From an uncultured Spirochaetota bacterium (lineage in GTDB: Bacteria > Spirochaetota > Spirochaetia > SZUA-6 > Fen-1364), in assembly GCA_963845535.1 (NCBI GenBank), contig CAWJSK010000013.1, positions 128,001-192,000 of the forward strand: a stretch of 64,000 nucleotides of DNA, written 5' to 3'. The notes below the pieces were generated by a model. The model was not told where the DNA came from. It ran no database searches and saw only the letters and a program-made list of their open reading frames with translations. The position numbers and the translations under genes are program-made. Shown piece after piece: positions 45,879-56,971 of this stretch. The stretch's first letter is position 1; each line of letters opens with the position of its first letter.

Positions 45879-47299
45879 CGGGGACGGGCATCGCGGAAAA
45901 GCTGTTTACAATCGCGGAGATCGTCACGGCAACCGGGGGCAGGATCGTGCGGGCGCCGTCCGAGGCTGCGTCCGTGACGGGGGTCGCAGTCGACTCCCGC
46001 AAAGTGGCGGATGGTTTCCTCTTCGTCGCGCTGCCCGGGGAGAAGACGGACGGGCACGAGTTCCTCGGAGAGGCCGCGGCGGCGGGAGCCGCGGCGTTCC
46101 TCGTTTCGGAAGATCAGGTGGAGCGCAGGAGCAGCCACTGGGTTGGGCTTCCCGCGGGCCGCGGGCCAGGGGTCATTGCCGTCTCCCGCACGCTGTCCGG
46201 GCTGCAAGGCCTTGCGCGCTTCCATATGAGCCGCTTCCCGTCCGTGACGCGCATCGGGATCACCGGTTCGAGCGGAAAAACAACAACCAAGGAAATTATC
46301 GGTGCAATCCTGACGCGGGCGGCTCCAACCGCGGTGAACGAAGGCAACCTGAACTCCGAGATCGGGCTGCCTCTGGCCTGTTTCACCGTGAGCGGCGGCC
46401 ACCGCTTCGCCGTATTGGAGATGGGGATGAACCACCGCGGGGAGATGGACGCGCTTGCCGACATCGTCAGGCCGGACGCTGCCCTCCTCACGAACATCGG
46501 CACGGCCCACGTGGGGCTGCTGGGATCACAGCAAGAGATCGCAAAAGAAAAGAAAAAAATCTTCGCCCATTTCGACGGACGCCAGAATGCCTTCCTTCAC
46601 GAAGAGGAACGGTACCTGGACTTCCTGCGGGAAGGGGTCAAGGGCACGGTCATTCTCTTTGGACCGAGGAGCACGCGGGGATACCGCGGAAGCGAGATCC
46701 AGGGACTGGGTGGAACACTCATCCACTGGGAGGGGTTCCGGATCCGCTTCCCGCTCTTTGGCCCGCACAACCTCGCCAACGCCCTGGGAGCGATCTCAGT
46801 GGCGCGCGAGCTGGGCGTCCCGAACGCGGAGATACGTGACGGCCTGGAGGCTGTCACGCCGCTGTTCGGGCGGTCCCAGATCCTGCGGGGGCCCGTGACG
46901 GTGATCGTGGACTGCTACAACGCCAACCCCGATTCCATGGCGCAGGCGCTGTCGTTTGCTTCCGAGGTGCCGTGGGAGGGCAGGAAAATAGCGGTGCTCG
47001 GCGGAATGCGCGAGCTGGGAGCGGAAACGGTGGAGGCGCACAGGGCGCTGGGGGAGAAGCTTCGCGACTCCCCGCTGGACCTCGTGTACCTTGTCGGCGC
47101 CGAGATGGAGCAGGCATGGAAAGCGCTCGCGGGCTCCCCGGCGGCGGCCCGCGCCAAATGGCACGCTGACCTCGAAGGCCTTGGCGAGGAGCTGGCCGGG
47201 CGTCTGGTTGCCGGCGACCTCGTGCTGCTGAAGGGATCACGGGGCATGGAGCTGGAGAGGCTTCTGCCGTTCATCGCAGGAGGGAAAGCAGGTGCTTAA
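45875..47299 (+). CDS. murF: UDP-MurNAc-tripeptide--D-Ala-D-Ala ligase
   Basis: DSR, DGHEF, ITGSSGKTTTKE, NSEIGLP, EMGMNH, DCYNANPDS, KGSRG. Confidence 0.96.
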   Translation: MTGTGIAEKLFTIAEIVTATGGRIVRAPSEAASVTGVAVDSRKVADGFLFVALPGEKTDGHEFLGEAAAAGAAAFLVSEDQVERRSSHWVGLPAGRGPGVIAVSRTLSGLQGLARFHMSRFPSVTRIGITGSSGKTTTKEIIGAILTRAAPTAVNEGNLNSEIGLPLACFTVSGGHRFAVLEMGMNHRGEMDALADIVRPDAALLTNIGTAHVGLLGSQQEIAKEKKKIFAHFDGRQNAFLHEEERYLDFLREGVKGTVILFGPRSTRGYRGSEIQGLGGTLIHWEGFRIRFPLFGPHNLANALGAISVARELGVPNAEIRDGLEAVTPLFGRSQILRGPVTVIVDCYNANPDSMAQALSFASEVPWEGRKIAVLGGMRELGAETVEAHRALGEKLRDSPLDLVYLVGAEMEQAWKALAGSPAAARAKWHADLEGLGEELAGRLVAGDLVLLKGSRGMELERLLPFIAGGKAGA

Positions 47300-48365
47300 G
47301 TTCCTTTTCGCGCTCCGCGGCCACTTCTCCTTCTTCAACATCTTCCAGTATCTGACTTTCCGCGCCGCCTACGCATCCATCACCGCGCTGCTGATTTCCT
47401 TCCTCTTCGGACCATGGGTCATCGCGAGGCTTCGAGCCATCAAGACGAGCTGGTCCGCGCGGGAGGACACTCCGCAGACGCACAAGGCAAAGGCGGGCAC
47501 TCCGACCATGGGGGGGGTGCTGATCATCCTCTCCTTTGTCGTTTCGATCCTCCTGTGGCAGGACCTGACGAACGTGTACGCGTGGCTGCTGCTCTTTGCG
47601 GCCGTCGGCTTCGGTTCAATCGGGTTTGCCGACGACCTCCTGAAAATGTCCGCGAGGAAGCGCGGGATCAGCGCGCAGGTGAAGTTCGGCGGGCAGTTCG
47701 TGATCTCCGCCATTATCGTGGTGATCCTTTACGTCCAGAGGGGGGAGAGCACGACGCTCCTGTACATCCCGTTCCTCAAGCGCGCGGTGCTCGACCTGTC
47801 CTGGATGTACATCCCGTTCGCGGTGGTCCTGATGGTAGGGTACTCCAACGCGGTGAACCTGACGGACGGGCTGGACGGACTGGCCACCGGCCTCGTCATC
47901 ATGGTGGGTCTCGCGCTTGCCATCCTGTCCTACGTCACGGGCCGACCTGACTTCGCCGCATACCTGCAGATCCCCTACGTGAAAGGCGCCGGCGAGCTGG
48001 CGGTGTTCTGCCTGGCTGTCACGGGGGCTTCCGTCGGCTTCCTCTGGTTCAATGCGCACCCGGCGGACGTCTGGATGGGCGACACGGGAGCACTGTCCCT
48101 GGGCGGCGTGATGGGCGTGGTGGCCCTCATTTTGAAAAAAGAAATCCTCGTCCTCATCCTGGGCGGAGTCTTTGTCCTGGAGACGGCCTCGGTGGCCATC
48201 CAGGTGATCTCCTTCAAGCTCACCGGCCGGCGGGTGTTCAAGATGGCGCCGCTGCATCACCACTTCGAGCTGAGCGGCTGGCCGGAGAGCAAGGTCGTCA
48301 CGAGGCTGTGGATCCTGGGCGGCCTGTTCGCCATCCTCGGCATCTCGACGTTGAAGATACAGTAG
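47292..48365 (+). CDS. mraY: Phospho-MurNAc-pentapeptide transferase
   Basis: GTPTMGG, NAVNLTDGLDGLA, MGDTG, MAPLHHHFE. Confidence 0.97.
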   Translation: MLKFLFALRGHFSFFNIFQYLTFRAAYASITALLISFLFGPWVIARLRAIKTSWSAREDTPQTHKAKAGTPTMGGVLIILSFVVSILLWQDLTNVYAWLLLFAAVGFGSIGFADDLLKMSARKRGISAQVKFGGQFVISAIIVVILYVQRGESTTLLYIPFLKRAVLDLSWMYIPFAVVLMVGYSNAVNLTDGLDGLATGLVIMVGLALAILSYVTGRPDFAAYLQIPYVKGAGELAVFCLAVTGASVGFLWFNAHPADVWMGDTGALSLGGVMGVVALILKKEILVLILGGVFVLETASVAIQVISFKLTGRRVFKMAPLHHHFELSGWPESKVVTRLWILGGLFAILGISTLKIQ

Positions 48366-48373
48366 GAAGGGAA

Positions 48374-49480
48374 ATGGAGCGGGTCGAAAAGGAACGCGGC
48401 GACATTGTCCTGGTCATGCTGGTGATTGCCATCCTGGGGGTGGGAATGGCCATGCTGTTCTCCGCGTCGTACTCCTTTTCCGCCAAAGCGTACCAGGACC
48501 CCTTGTACCTCCTAAAGAGGCAGCTCCTCTGGGCAGCCCTCGGCGGGGCCGCGGCTTTCCTCGTTTCCCTGACGCCCCTGGAGATGTTCCGCCGCGCGCT
48601 TCCGCTCATCCTGCTCGCCACGCTCGTTGCCTCCTTGCTGCCGTTCCTTCCGGGGATCGGCACCCGAGTCCTCGGTTCGCGGAGATGGATCACGCTGTTC
48701 GGCATTTCGTTCCAGCCCTCCGAGGTCGTGAAAGTGACCCTCGTCCTGTACCTGGCCTCCTATTTCGCGCGGCGCGAGGCGGGGGAGAGCCTGCCGCTCA
48801 ACACTCTGATCCCTCCGTTCATCGTGGTGTGCGTTTTCGCGGCGGTCATACTCCTGCAGAACGACTACTCGACGGCGATCTTCATCGTCGTCATGGGGCT
48901 TTCCATGCTGTTCATCGCGAGGGTCCGCGCGCTGCATTTCGTCCTTGTGACGGCTTTTACAAGCACGCTCGGTTTCCTGCTCCTGTTCACGCGGGAGCAT
49001 CGCGTCCAGCGTCTCCTTGCCTATTTCGATCTTTCCTCGTACCGCTCGGGCACCGGCTACCAGCTCGTGAACGCCAAGGCGGCGCTGGCCGGCGGCGGCT
49101 TCTGGGGGAGAGGCCTTGGCCGCAGCCTCGCCAAGCTGGGGCCGCTTCCCATGGCTCATTCGGATTTCATCTATACCATCATTGCGGAGGAGACGGGCCT
49201 CCTGGGGGCCCTCTTCGTCCTGATCCTCTTCGCGCTGCTCGCCTGGCGCGGCTTCCAGATCAGCGCGCAGGCGACGGACAGCTTCACCTCCTACGCCGCA
49301 TTCGGCCTCACCGCGGCTATCTCGCTCCAGGCGCTCCTGAACATGGCCGTTGCGGTAGGGATGGTCCCGACAACGGGCGTGACGCTTCCGTTTTTCTCCG
49401 CCGGCGGCTCGTCCCTGTTCGCGACGCTCATCATGTGCGGACTGCTCGTGAATCTTTCACGGAGGTCATCCCGTGTCTAA
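48374..49480 (+). CDS. ftsW: Peptidoglycan polymerase FtsW (SEDS)
   Basis: RRWI..FQPSE..K, GYQ, HSDFI..IAEETG, PTTGVTLPFFSAGGSS. Confidence 0.94.
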   Translation: MERVEKERGDIVLVMLVIAILGVGMAMLFSASYSFSAKAYQDPLYLLKRQLLWAALGGAAAFLVSLTPLEMFRRALPLILLATLVASLLPFLPGIGTRVLGSRRWITLFGISFQPSEVVKVTLVLYLASYFARREAGESLPLNTLIPPFIVVCVFAAVILLQNDYSTAIFIVVMGLSMLFIARVRALHFVLVTAFTSTLGFLLLFTREHRVQRLLAYFDLSSYRSGTGYQLVNAKAALAGGGFWGRGLGRSLAKLGPLPMAHSDFIYTIIAEETGLLGALFVLILFALLAWRGFQISAQATDSFTSYAAFGLTAAISLQALLNMAVAVGMVPTTGVTLPFFSAGGSSLFATLIMCGLLVNLSRRSSRV

Positions 49481-50312
49481 CGTATACGCCATTGGCGACC
49501 CGACCACCGGCCCGTCGGATTCCCGGTACGCCAGCGTCCCGTCCGTCACGGCGCGCCTGGCCCGGCCCATCCTCCTGTGCCTGATCACGCTGTGCGCGCT
49601 TTTCCTCCTCGCGCGCTACGCGGTGCTCCCCGTCCTCACCGTCCGCCACATCATCTTCCAGAGCGACGTTGCCCTTTCCGAGGATGAGCTGCTCGCCATC
49701 TCAGGCCTGCAGGGCACGGCGTATTGGCATTCCCTCGACACCGAGAAGGTCCGAAGGCGGCTGGAAGCCTACCCGCTCATCCGAAAGGCGGTCGTGGAGA
49801 AGGTTTTCCCGGACACGGTGCGGATGACCGTCTGGGGACGGCAAGCGGTGGCGCTCGTGCTGGCTGACATGGGCGGCCGAAGCCTGCCGGTCCTCGTGGA
49901 TGATGAAGGGGTGGTCTTCAAAGTCTGCGTAACGGCAACGGACGTGGATCTCCCGGTTGTGTCAGGGCTTCCCGCCGGGGATGCGTCTTTGGGAACCCGG
50001 CTCCCGGGAGCCTACGCCCCGCTCTTCCAGCAGCTGCGGCAGCTTCGCGACAAGTCGCCGTCCCTGACCCGGCTCCTGTCGGAGGTGCGGATCGTTTCCC
50101 ACGGCCCGCAGGACCCGCAGGGCAACTATGATCTTCTCCTTTACCTCACCTCGTCGCCCGTACCGGTGCGCGCCGCCGGCACCCTGGACGAAAGCCTTCT
50201 CCGGTATTCCCTCATGGTCCTGGACCTCTTGTCCAACCAGGGGGTTTTAAAGAATATTCAAGAGCTTGATTTCCGCAGCGGGGACGTGGTCTACAGGATG
50301 AAGGAGGGGTAG
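49473..50312 (+). CDS. ftsQ: Cell division protein FtsQ/DivIB
   Basis: TM, POTRA (LEAYPLIRKAVVEKVFPDTV), VDDEGVVF, ELDFR; position. Confidence 0.85.
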   Translation: MSNVYAIGDPTTGPSDSRYASVPSVTARLARPILLCLITLCALFLLARYAVLPVLTVRHIIFQSDVALSEDELLAISGLQGTAYWHSLDTEKVRRRLEAYPLIRKAVVEKVFPDTVRMTVWGRQAVALVLADMGGRSLPVLVDDEGVVFKVCVTATDVDLPVVSGLPAGDASLGTRLPGAYAPLFQQLRQLRDKSPSLTRLLSEVRIVSHGPQDPQGNYDLLLYLTSSPVPVRAAGTLDESLLRYSLMVLDLLSNQGVLKNIQELDFRSGDVVYRMKEG

Positions 50313-50317
50313 AGGCG

Positions 50318-51553
50318 GTGGCATCCGAGGAGCTCATCGTCGGACTGGACATCGGCACAACCAAGGTGTGTGCCATCATCGGCGAGTTCAACGAGACCGG
50401 ACAGCTGGAGATCATCGGCGTCGGCACCACTCCGTCACGCGGGCTGCGGCGCGGCGTGGTGATCAACATCGAGTCGACCGTGAAGTCCATCCAGAACGCC
50501 GTCGAGTCCGCTGAGCTCATGTCGGGCCGGGAAGTGCACGGGGTGTATACCGGAGTCGCCGGCGGGCACATCGAAGGGATCAACTCCCGGGGCGTCGTTG
50601 CCGTCACGGGCAAGGACAGGGAGATCGCCAAGGAAGACGTGGACCGCGTGATCGACGCGGCAAAAGCCATCGTCATCCCCATGGACCGCGAGGTCCTCCA
50701 CGTGATACCGCAGGAGTTCATTGTGGACCAGCAGGGGGGCATCAAGAACCCCGTGGGGATGGTGGGCGTGCGGCTGGAGGCGGAGGCGCACATCATCACG
50801 GGGGCCGTGACCTCCGCGCAGAACATCGTGAAGTGCGTCAACCGGGCCGGTTTCAAGGTCAATGACATCGTGCTCGAGCCGCTTGCTTCCTCCAAGGCCG
50901 TGCTCACCGCGGACGAGCGGGAGCTGGGCGTCCTGCTGATCGACCTTGGCGGCGGCACCACGGACGTGCTCGTGCACCTTGAAGGGGCGCCGTATCACAC
51001 CGAGGTGCTTTCCATTGGGGGAGAGCAGGTCACGAGCGACTTGTCCATCATGCTGAAGACGCCGCTGGAAGTGGCGGAAAAGATCAAGAAGGAGCAGGGG
51101 TGCTGCTACGTGCCGGCCGTGCTGGAGGACTCCGAGGTCGTGATACCGGGCGTGGGCGGCAGGCCGCCGCGCAAGGTGGGGCGCAGGGCCATGGCGGAGA
51201 TCATTCAGCCCCGCATGGCTGAGATCCTGGGGATGGTCAAGGAGCAGATCGAGAAGAAGGGGTACCTGCACCTGCTGGGAGGCGGCGTGGTGCTCACCGG
51301 AGGAGGTTCTCTCCTTGCGGGCACGGGGGAGCTGGCTTCCGAAATCTTCGGCCTTCCGGCCCGCGTGGGATACCCTGTGAAGGTGGGGGGGCTCGTGGAG
51401 GAGTATTGTGATCCCATGTTCTCCACGGGAGTCGGCCTCGTTCTTTTCGGCGCCTCACGGGAAGGGGTGGAAGGCTTTGACACGAGCTCGAGTGAGAGCA
51501 CGTTCACCAGCGTATGGGACAGGATGAGATCATGGTTCAAGGATTTCTTTTGA
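50318..51553 (+). CDS. ftsA: Cell division protein FtsA
   Basis: GLDIGTTK, GVRLEA, DLGGGTT, AEKIK, VLTGGG, C-terminal amphipathic helix. Confidence 0.97.
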   Translation: MASEELIVGLDIGTTKVCAIIGEFNETGQLEIIGVGTTPSRGLRRGVVINIESTVKSIQNAVESAELMSGREVHGVYTGVAGGHIEGINSRGVVAVTGKDREIAKEDVDRVIDAAKAIVIPMDREVLHVIPQEFIVDQQGGIKNPVGMVGVRLEAEAHIITGAVTSAQNIVKCVNRAGFKVNDIVLEPLASSKAVLTADERELGVLLIDLGGGTTDVLVHLEGAPYHTEVLSIGGEQVTSDLSIMLKTPLEVAEKIKKEQGCCYVPAVLEDSEVVIPGVGGRPPRKVGRRAMAEIIQPRMAEILGMVKEQIEKKGYLHLLGGGVVLTGGGSLLAGTGELASEIFGLPARVGYPVKVGGLVEEYCDPMFSTGVGLVLFGASREGVEGFDTSSSESTFTSVWDRMRSWFKDFF

Positions 51554-51616
51554 AATAAACGCGCGGCGCGGGCGCCGCGACGCAGGCGTGCTTGTGTCTC
51601 ATGAAGGGGAGGGGAC

Positions 51617-52774
51617 ATGAACATCGAGCTTTTCGACACGAAGGGAGTCAGCCCGACGATCATAAAGGTGGTCGGGGTCGGCGGCGGCGGCAGCAATGCC
51701 GTCAACCGGATGATCGCCATGGGACTGAAGAACGTGTCCTTCGTGGCGGTCAATACTGATCAACAGGCTCTTCACAGCTCCAACGCGGAGACCAGGCTGG
51801 CAATCGGAACAAAGCTTACCGGTGGCCTGGGCGCCGGCGGGATACCCGAGATCGGGGAAAAAGCAGCCTTGGAAGACGAGGAGCGCCTTCAGACGCTGCT
51901 CAAGGGCTCCGACATGGTGTTCATCACGGCAGGGATGGGGGGCGGTACGGGCACCGGCGCGGCTCCCATTGTTGCCAAGGTGGCGCGACAGATCGGCGCC
52001 TTGACGGTGGCGGTGGTGACCAAGCCTTTCGACTTCGAAGGCAAGCGCAAGATGCAGCTTGCAGAGGAAGGGATCGGGAAGCTCCGCCAGGAAGTCGACA
52101 CGCTCATAACCATTCCCAACCAGCATCTCCTGAAGATCGCGGAGAAGCGCACCCCCATCCGTGAAGCTTTCTTCATGGCGGACGAGGTCCTCCGCCAGGG
52201 CGTGCAAGGGATATCGGACCTTATCACCGAGCCGGGTGAGATCAACATCGACTTCGCGGACGTTCGCACCATCATGAAAGGCAAGGGCGATGCCCTCATG
52301 GGCATTGGCATGGGCGCGGGGGACAACAGGGCCACGGACGCGGCAACCAGCGCCATCAGCAACCCGCTCCTGGAAGATGCGCGCGTGGAAGGGGCAAAGG
52401 GCATTCTTGTCAACGTCACCGGCGGGTACGACTTCAGCCTCTCGGAGTACGAGGAAGTGCTCAAGATCATCACGGCCAACGCTGACGATGATGCGCTCAT
52501 CATCTCCGGCACCTCCGTGGTGGAGTCGATGAACGACCGGATCAGGGTGACGGTGATAGCCACGGGTTTCACCTCGGAAAAACGTCCTGAGCCGGCCCCG
52601 CAGCCCGAGCACCAGGAAGGGGAGATGATCCCGTACGAGGAGTGGGCAGCCATGGGTAAGTCGGCGCACCGTTCGCACGCCGAGGATTTCCTCCTGGGAA
52701 GGAACTCGCGGGAAGCGGACCTGAGCGTGCCTACGGTGCTGCGCGAAAAGCGCGTGGCAGGGCAGAAGGACTGA
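51617..52774 (+). CDS. ftsZ: Cell division protein FtsZ
   Basis: [34 protein letters not shown]-terminal LSVPTVLR. Confidence 0.98.
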   Translation: MNIELFDTKGVSPTIIKVVGVGGGGSNAVNRMIAMGLKNVSFVAVNTDQQALHSSNAETRLAIGTKLTGGLGAGGIPEIGEKAALEDEERLQTLLKGSDMVFITAGMGGGTGTGAAPIVAKVARQIGALTVAVVTKPFDFEGKRKMQLAEEGIGKLRQEVDTLITIPNQHLLKIAEKRTPIREAFFMADEVLRQGVQGISDLITEPGEINIDFADVRTIMKGKGDALMGIGMGAGDNRATDAATSAISNPLLEDARVEGAKGILVNVTGGYDFSLSEYEEVLKIITANADDDALIISGTSVVESMNDRIRVTVIATGFTSEKRPEPAPQPEHQEGEMIPYEEWAAMGKSAHRSHAEDFLLGRNSREADLSVPTVLREKRVAGQKD

Positions 52775-52782
52775 GAAGGCGC

Positions 52783-53703
52783 ATGAACGCCGGCTCCGAC
52801 CTGACCAACCAGTTCAGCGAATACCTTGCCGCTGAAAGGGGACTTTCACCGCTCACGGTAACGACGTACGCGGCGGAAGTGCGCCTTTTCCTCGAGTTTC
52901 TCGATGCGAACGGTCGGGAGGTTGGCCGGGCGACAATCGGCGACGTGACGGACTACATCATCCGCAGACAGGTGGAAGGCGTGGATCCCCGCACGCTGGC
53001 CAAGAGCTCCTCCGCTCTCCGTTCGTTCTTCCGCTTCCTCGTGCTCGACGGAAAGAGCGCAAAGAATCCCGCGCGTCTCCTGGACACTCCCCGAGCGGCA
53101 ATGCGCATCCCTCGCTTCCTCCAACCGGAGGAGGTCGACCTTCTCCTTGCCGCATGCCCGCCCGAAACCCCGCTTGCCCAGCGGGACAAGACGCTTTTCG
53201 AGCTCATCTATTCATGCGGCCTTCGGGTGAGCGAGGCCATCGATTTGACGGTGGACCGCGTCTCCCTCGCGCAGAAAGTGGTGCGCGTCATGGGAAAAGG
53301 CTCCCGCGAACGCCTTGTCCCGCTGGGTGAGCGGGCGCGCAAGGAGCTGGCCGGATACCTGGGCACCGTCAGGCCGGGCCTGGTCCGCGCGGCGGCTCCG
53401 GCCAACTGGCTCTTCCTGGGACGCGGCGGCCGCAAGCTGTCGAGAAAGACGGTCTGGAAGGCGTTCGCCCGCCTGGCGGCCCGGGCAGGGCTTTCGACCT
53501 CCAAGGTGCACGCGCTTCGCCATTCCTTTGCCACGCATCTTCTCCAGGGAGGGGCGGACCTGCGCTCCGTCCAGGAGATGCTGGGACACGCGGACATCGG
53601 CACCACGCAGATCTACACGCACGTGAGCCAGGACGTGCTGAAGAAGACCCACCAGGAGTTCCATCCCCGCGGCGGGAGCGCCGAGCAAAGGGATTCCCCA
53701 TGA
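52783..53703 (+). CDS. xerD: Tyrosine recombinase XerD
   Basis: [46 protein letters not shown]. Confidence 0.88.
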   Translation: MNAGSDLTNQFSEYLAAERGLSPLTVTTYAAEVRLFLEFLDANGREVGRATIGDVTDYIIRRQVEGVDPRTLAKSSSALRSFFRFLVLDGKSAKNPARLLDTPRAAMRIPRFLQPEEVDLLLAACPPETPLAQRDKTLFELIYSCGLRVSEAIDLTVDRVSLAQKVVRVMGKGSRERLVPLGERARKELAGYLGTVRPGLVRAAAPANWLFLGRGGRKLSRKTVWKAFARLAARAGLSTSKVHALRHSFATHLLQGGADLRSVQEMLGHADIGTTQIYTHVSQDVLKKTHQEFHPRGGSAEQRDSP

Positions 53704-54743
53704 AATCAGCAGCGATTTTTCAGCCGTTGACTTCATGCATGGACGAACAGGACAGGATCCCGTTGATCGGGCTCAGCTACGTGGATTTCCTTCGGCCCAA
53801 GGAGAAGCTGCTCCTCATCGAAGCGCTCGGCTCGGCTTCACGAGTTTTCGAGCGTTCGCTTCGTGAGCTTTCCGTCATGACGGGACGGCCCTTTCGCACG
53901 CCCAGATGGAACCCGAAAGCAATCCTGGAGGAAGCAGCGCGCACGGAAAAGCGCTTGACCCCCGGCGTGATGGGGTGCATCTTTTACTGGGACTCGACGT
54001 ACCCGCCGCAGCTCCGCGATATCTTTGATCCGCCCGTGACGCTCTTCTATCGCGGAACATTACCCGAAAACGGATATTTGCTCGCTGGAATAGTCGGGAC
54101 TCGTTTTCCTACCGGAGGAGCCCGCAAGGCCGCATTCGGCCTCGGCTTCGAGCTGGGCTGCCAGGGAGTGGGGGTCGTCTCTGGCCTCGCGAAGGGAGTG
54201 GACAGGGAAGCGCATGAAGGGTGCGTGCAGGCGGGAGGATACTCCATTGCCGTTCTGGGCAGCGGGATCGACCTGGTCTACCCGGCCTCCAGCGCGCCCG
54301 CCGGCCGGGCCCTCCTGGAGGCCGGCGGGGCCATCATCAGCGAATACCCGCCCGGCATGCCGCCGCTGCATTTTCACTTTCCCGCCCGCAACCGGATCAT
54401 CAACGGGCTGTCCCGCTCCGTCGTCGTGGTCCAGGCGCCGGAGCGCTCAGGGGCGCTCATCACGGCGGAGTACGCCGCGGAGGAAGGGAGAACGGTCTAC
54501 GTTCATGCTGCCGGCATCCCGGGCAGCGTCGGGACCGGAACGCGCAGGCTTGCGGAATCCGGGGCAACGGTGATACGCGGAGCCAGGGACCTGATGCGGG
54601 ACTGGGGCCTCGAGTTTCGGGAGCCCCGCGGGCAGGTTGGCCTGCCGGGTGAACCCGCGGGCCGGGCTCTAGCCCGAATCACGAAGGAAGAGATGGAGGG
54701 TGCCTGCGCCACGAAGGCCGGGGAAACCTACTGGAGAACATGA
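53700..54743 (+). CDS. dprA: DNA-processing protein DprA/Smf
   Basis: YPPQLRDIFDPP, IVGTR, VSGLAKGVD, FPARNRII, SGALITA. Confidence 0.93.
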   Translation: MKSAAIFQPLTSCMDEQDRIPLIGLSYVDFLRPKEKLLLIEALGSASRVFERSLRELSVMTGRPFRTPRWNPKAILEEAARTEKRLTPGVMGCIFYWDSTYPPQLRDIFDPPVTLFYRGTLPENGYLLAGIVGTRFPTGGARKAAFGLGFELGCQGVGVVSGLAKGVDREAHEGCVQAGGYSIAVLGSGIDLVYPASSAPAGRALLEAGGAIISEYPPGMPPLHFHFPARNRIINGLSRSVVVVQAPERSGALITAEYAAEEGRTVYVHAAGIPGSVGTGTRRLAESGATVIRGARDLMRDWGLEFREPRGQVGLPGEPAGRALARITKEEMEGACATKAGETYWRT

Positions 54744-56971
54744 TGGCAAAAGAACCGAAGTCAGCGCGCGCAGGGACACGACATACGAAACAGGTGCTCA
54801 TGATCGTCGAGTCACCGGCAAAAGGGAAGACAATCGAGAAGTACCTCGGCAAGGGATACACGGTGGCCGCCTCCATGGGGCATCTCATCGACCTGCCCAA
54901 GTCCCGTCTTGCCATCGACGTCGAACAGTCGTTCGAACCTGAATACATCACGGTCCGCGGCAAGGCGAAGATCCTGAAGGAGCTGAAGCAGAAGGCGAAG
55001 AAGGCGGATGCGGTCCTGCTCGCATCGGATAACGACCGGGAAGGGGAGGCAATCTCCTTCCACCTGAAGAATGCGCTTTCCAACGGGAACACCACGCCCG
55101 ACATCCAGCGCGTCACGTTCAACGAGATCACCCCCAAGGCAATCCGGGAAGCCGTTGCCCATCCGGGCCAGATCGACATGTCGAAGGTCAACGCTCAGAA
55201 AGCCCGGAGAGTGCTCGACCGGATCGTCGGCTACTCCCTTTCCCCGCTTCTCTGGAAAAAGGTGAAGAACGGCCTTTCCGCGGGGCGCGTCCAGTCAGTG
55301 GCGCTTCGGCTGATCTGCGAGCGCGAGGCGGAGATCGAGGCATTCTTTCCTGAGGAGTACTGGTCCCTCGAGGCTGAGCTGCGCAAGGGCCAGAACGCGC
55401 GGCAGACTTTCAAGGCCGCCCTGGTGGCGGTCCGCGGAGAAAAGGTGGACCTCAAAAACGAGGCTTCCACGACCGCCATCATGGATTCCCTTGCGGGGGC
55501 TTCGTTCGCGGTCTCCGACGTGAAGGTCATGGAGAAGTCCAGCCGTCCGCGCCCTCCGTTCACCACATCCACGCTGCAGCAGACGGCGGCCAACCGATTC
55601 GGCTTTACGGCGCGCAAGACCATGCAGATTGCGCAGGGCCTTTATGAGGGGGTCAACGTCGGGTCGCAGAGGCTCGGGCTCATCACGTACATGAGGACCG
55701 ACTCCACGCGTATCGCGGAAAGCGCGCTTGCGGAAGTCCGAGAGTACATTTCGAAGGAGTTCCCCGGAGACTTGCCGGAAACGCCGGTGGTATACGTCAC
55801 CGGTAAGGGCGCCCAGGACGCGCATGAGGCAATCCGACCCACGTACGTCACCCGCGCGCCGGCTGAGCTGAAGAAGTTCGTCACCTCGGAGGAGTTCCGC
55901 CTGTACTCGATCATCTGGGAGCGCTTTGTCTCCTCCCAGATGAACCCTTCCAAGGCAAGCACGACCACCGTCGACATCCAGGCAGGGGAGGCGACCTTCC
56001 GGGCCTCCAGCACGCGCGTCGTGGAGAAAGGCTTTCAGAAAGCGCTCGCTCTCCTTGCTTCCAAGGAGCAGACAAAGGCCCTTCCCGTCATGGAGGTCGG
56101 TGACGCGCTGGACCTCATCAAGTTCCATCCCGAGCAGCACTTCACCTCGGGACCTCCCCGGTTTACGGATGCCACAATCGTCAAGACCCTGGAAGAGAAA
56201 GGGATCGGAAGGCCGTCCACGTATGCCCCCATCATCTCGGTCCTGCTGGATCGCTATTACGTGGTGCGCAAGTCCCGTCAGCTCATTCCCACGGTCCTGG
56301 GAAAGATCATCAATGACCTGCTTACGCGGTCCTTCCCGGAGCTGCTGGACCCGAACTTCACCGCGGAGATGGAGCTGAAGCTCGACCAGGTGGAGGATGG
56401 AAAGTCGGACTGGCACACGATGATCAGGGACTTCTACGGGCCGTTCAAGGGCAAAGTGGCGTCGGTCCTGGAAACGCTGGAGTCCGTCAAGGGAGTGATG
56501 GACGAAAAGACGGACGTGGTCTGCGAAGTGTGCGGCAGGCCGATGGTGAAGAAGCTCGGCCGCTATGGGTTCTTCCTGGCGTGCACGGGCTTTCCGGAAT
56601 GCAAGAACACAAAACCGGTGCCGCTGGCTCCCTGTCCGCGCCCCGGGTGCAACGGCCAGATCGTGGCCCGAAAACGCAAGCGCGGACGAGGGCGCGAGTT
56701 CTACGGCTGTACGAATTATCCCACGTGCGATTTCGTGACGTACTTCAAGCCAACGGACTCGAAGTGCCCGAAATGCGGCTGGTTCCTCGTGGAGAAGGAG
56801 GACAAGCAGCGGGGGGCGTACAAGTCCTGCATCAACCCTTCCTGCGACTATCTCCATACCAAGGAAACGGACGAGCATGAGAAAGAGGACGGCCACCACC
56901 ACGACGCGGACGCCACCGACACGGCCGGCGCAGGCAGCCCCGACAAAGAGACGAACGGCCAAAGTGCCTGA
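54740..56971 (+). CDS. topA: DNA topoisomerase I
   Basis: IVESPAK, DNDREGE, SAGRVQS, LITYMRTDS, QDAHEAIRP, GIGRPSTY, C-terminal Zn ribbons. Confidence 0.97.
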   Translation: MMAKEPKSARAGTRHTKQVLMIVESPAKGKTIEKYLGKGYTVAASMGHLIDLPKSRLAIDVEQSFEPEYITVRGKAKILKELKQKAKKADAVLLASDNDREGEAISFHLKNALSNGNTTPDIQRVTFNEITPKAIREAVAHPGQIDMSKVNAQKARRVLDRIVGYSLSPLLWKKVKNGLSAGRVQSVALRLICEREAEIEAFFPEEYWSLEAELRKGQNARQTFKAALVAVRGEKVDLKNEASTTAIMDSLAGASFAVSDVKVMEKSSRPRPPFTTSTLQQTAANRFGFTARKTMQIAQGLYEGVNVGSQRLGLITYMRTDSTRIAESALAEVREYISKEFPGDLPETPVVYVTGKGAQDAHEAIRPTYVTRAPAELKKFVTSEEFRLYSIIWERFVSSQMNPSKASTTTVDIQAGEATFRASSTRVVEKGFQKALALLASKEQTKALPVMEVGDALDLIKFHPEQHFTSGPPRFTDATIVKTLEEKGIGRPSTYAPIISVLLDRYYVVRKSRQLIPTVLGKIINDLLTRSFPELLDPNFTAEMELKLDQVEDGKSDWHTMIRDFYGPFKGKVASVLETLESVKGVMDEKTDVVCEVCGRPMVKKLGRYGFFLACTGFPECKNTKPVPLAPCPRPGCNGQIVARKRKRGRGREFYGCTNYPTCDFVTYFKPTDSKCPKCGWFLVEKEDKQRGAYKSCINPSCDYLHTKETDEHEKEDGHHHDADATDTAGAGSPDKETNGQSA

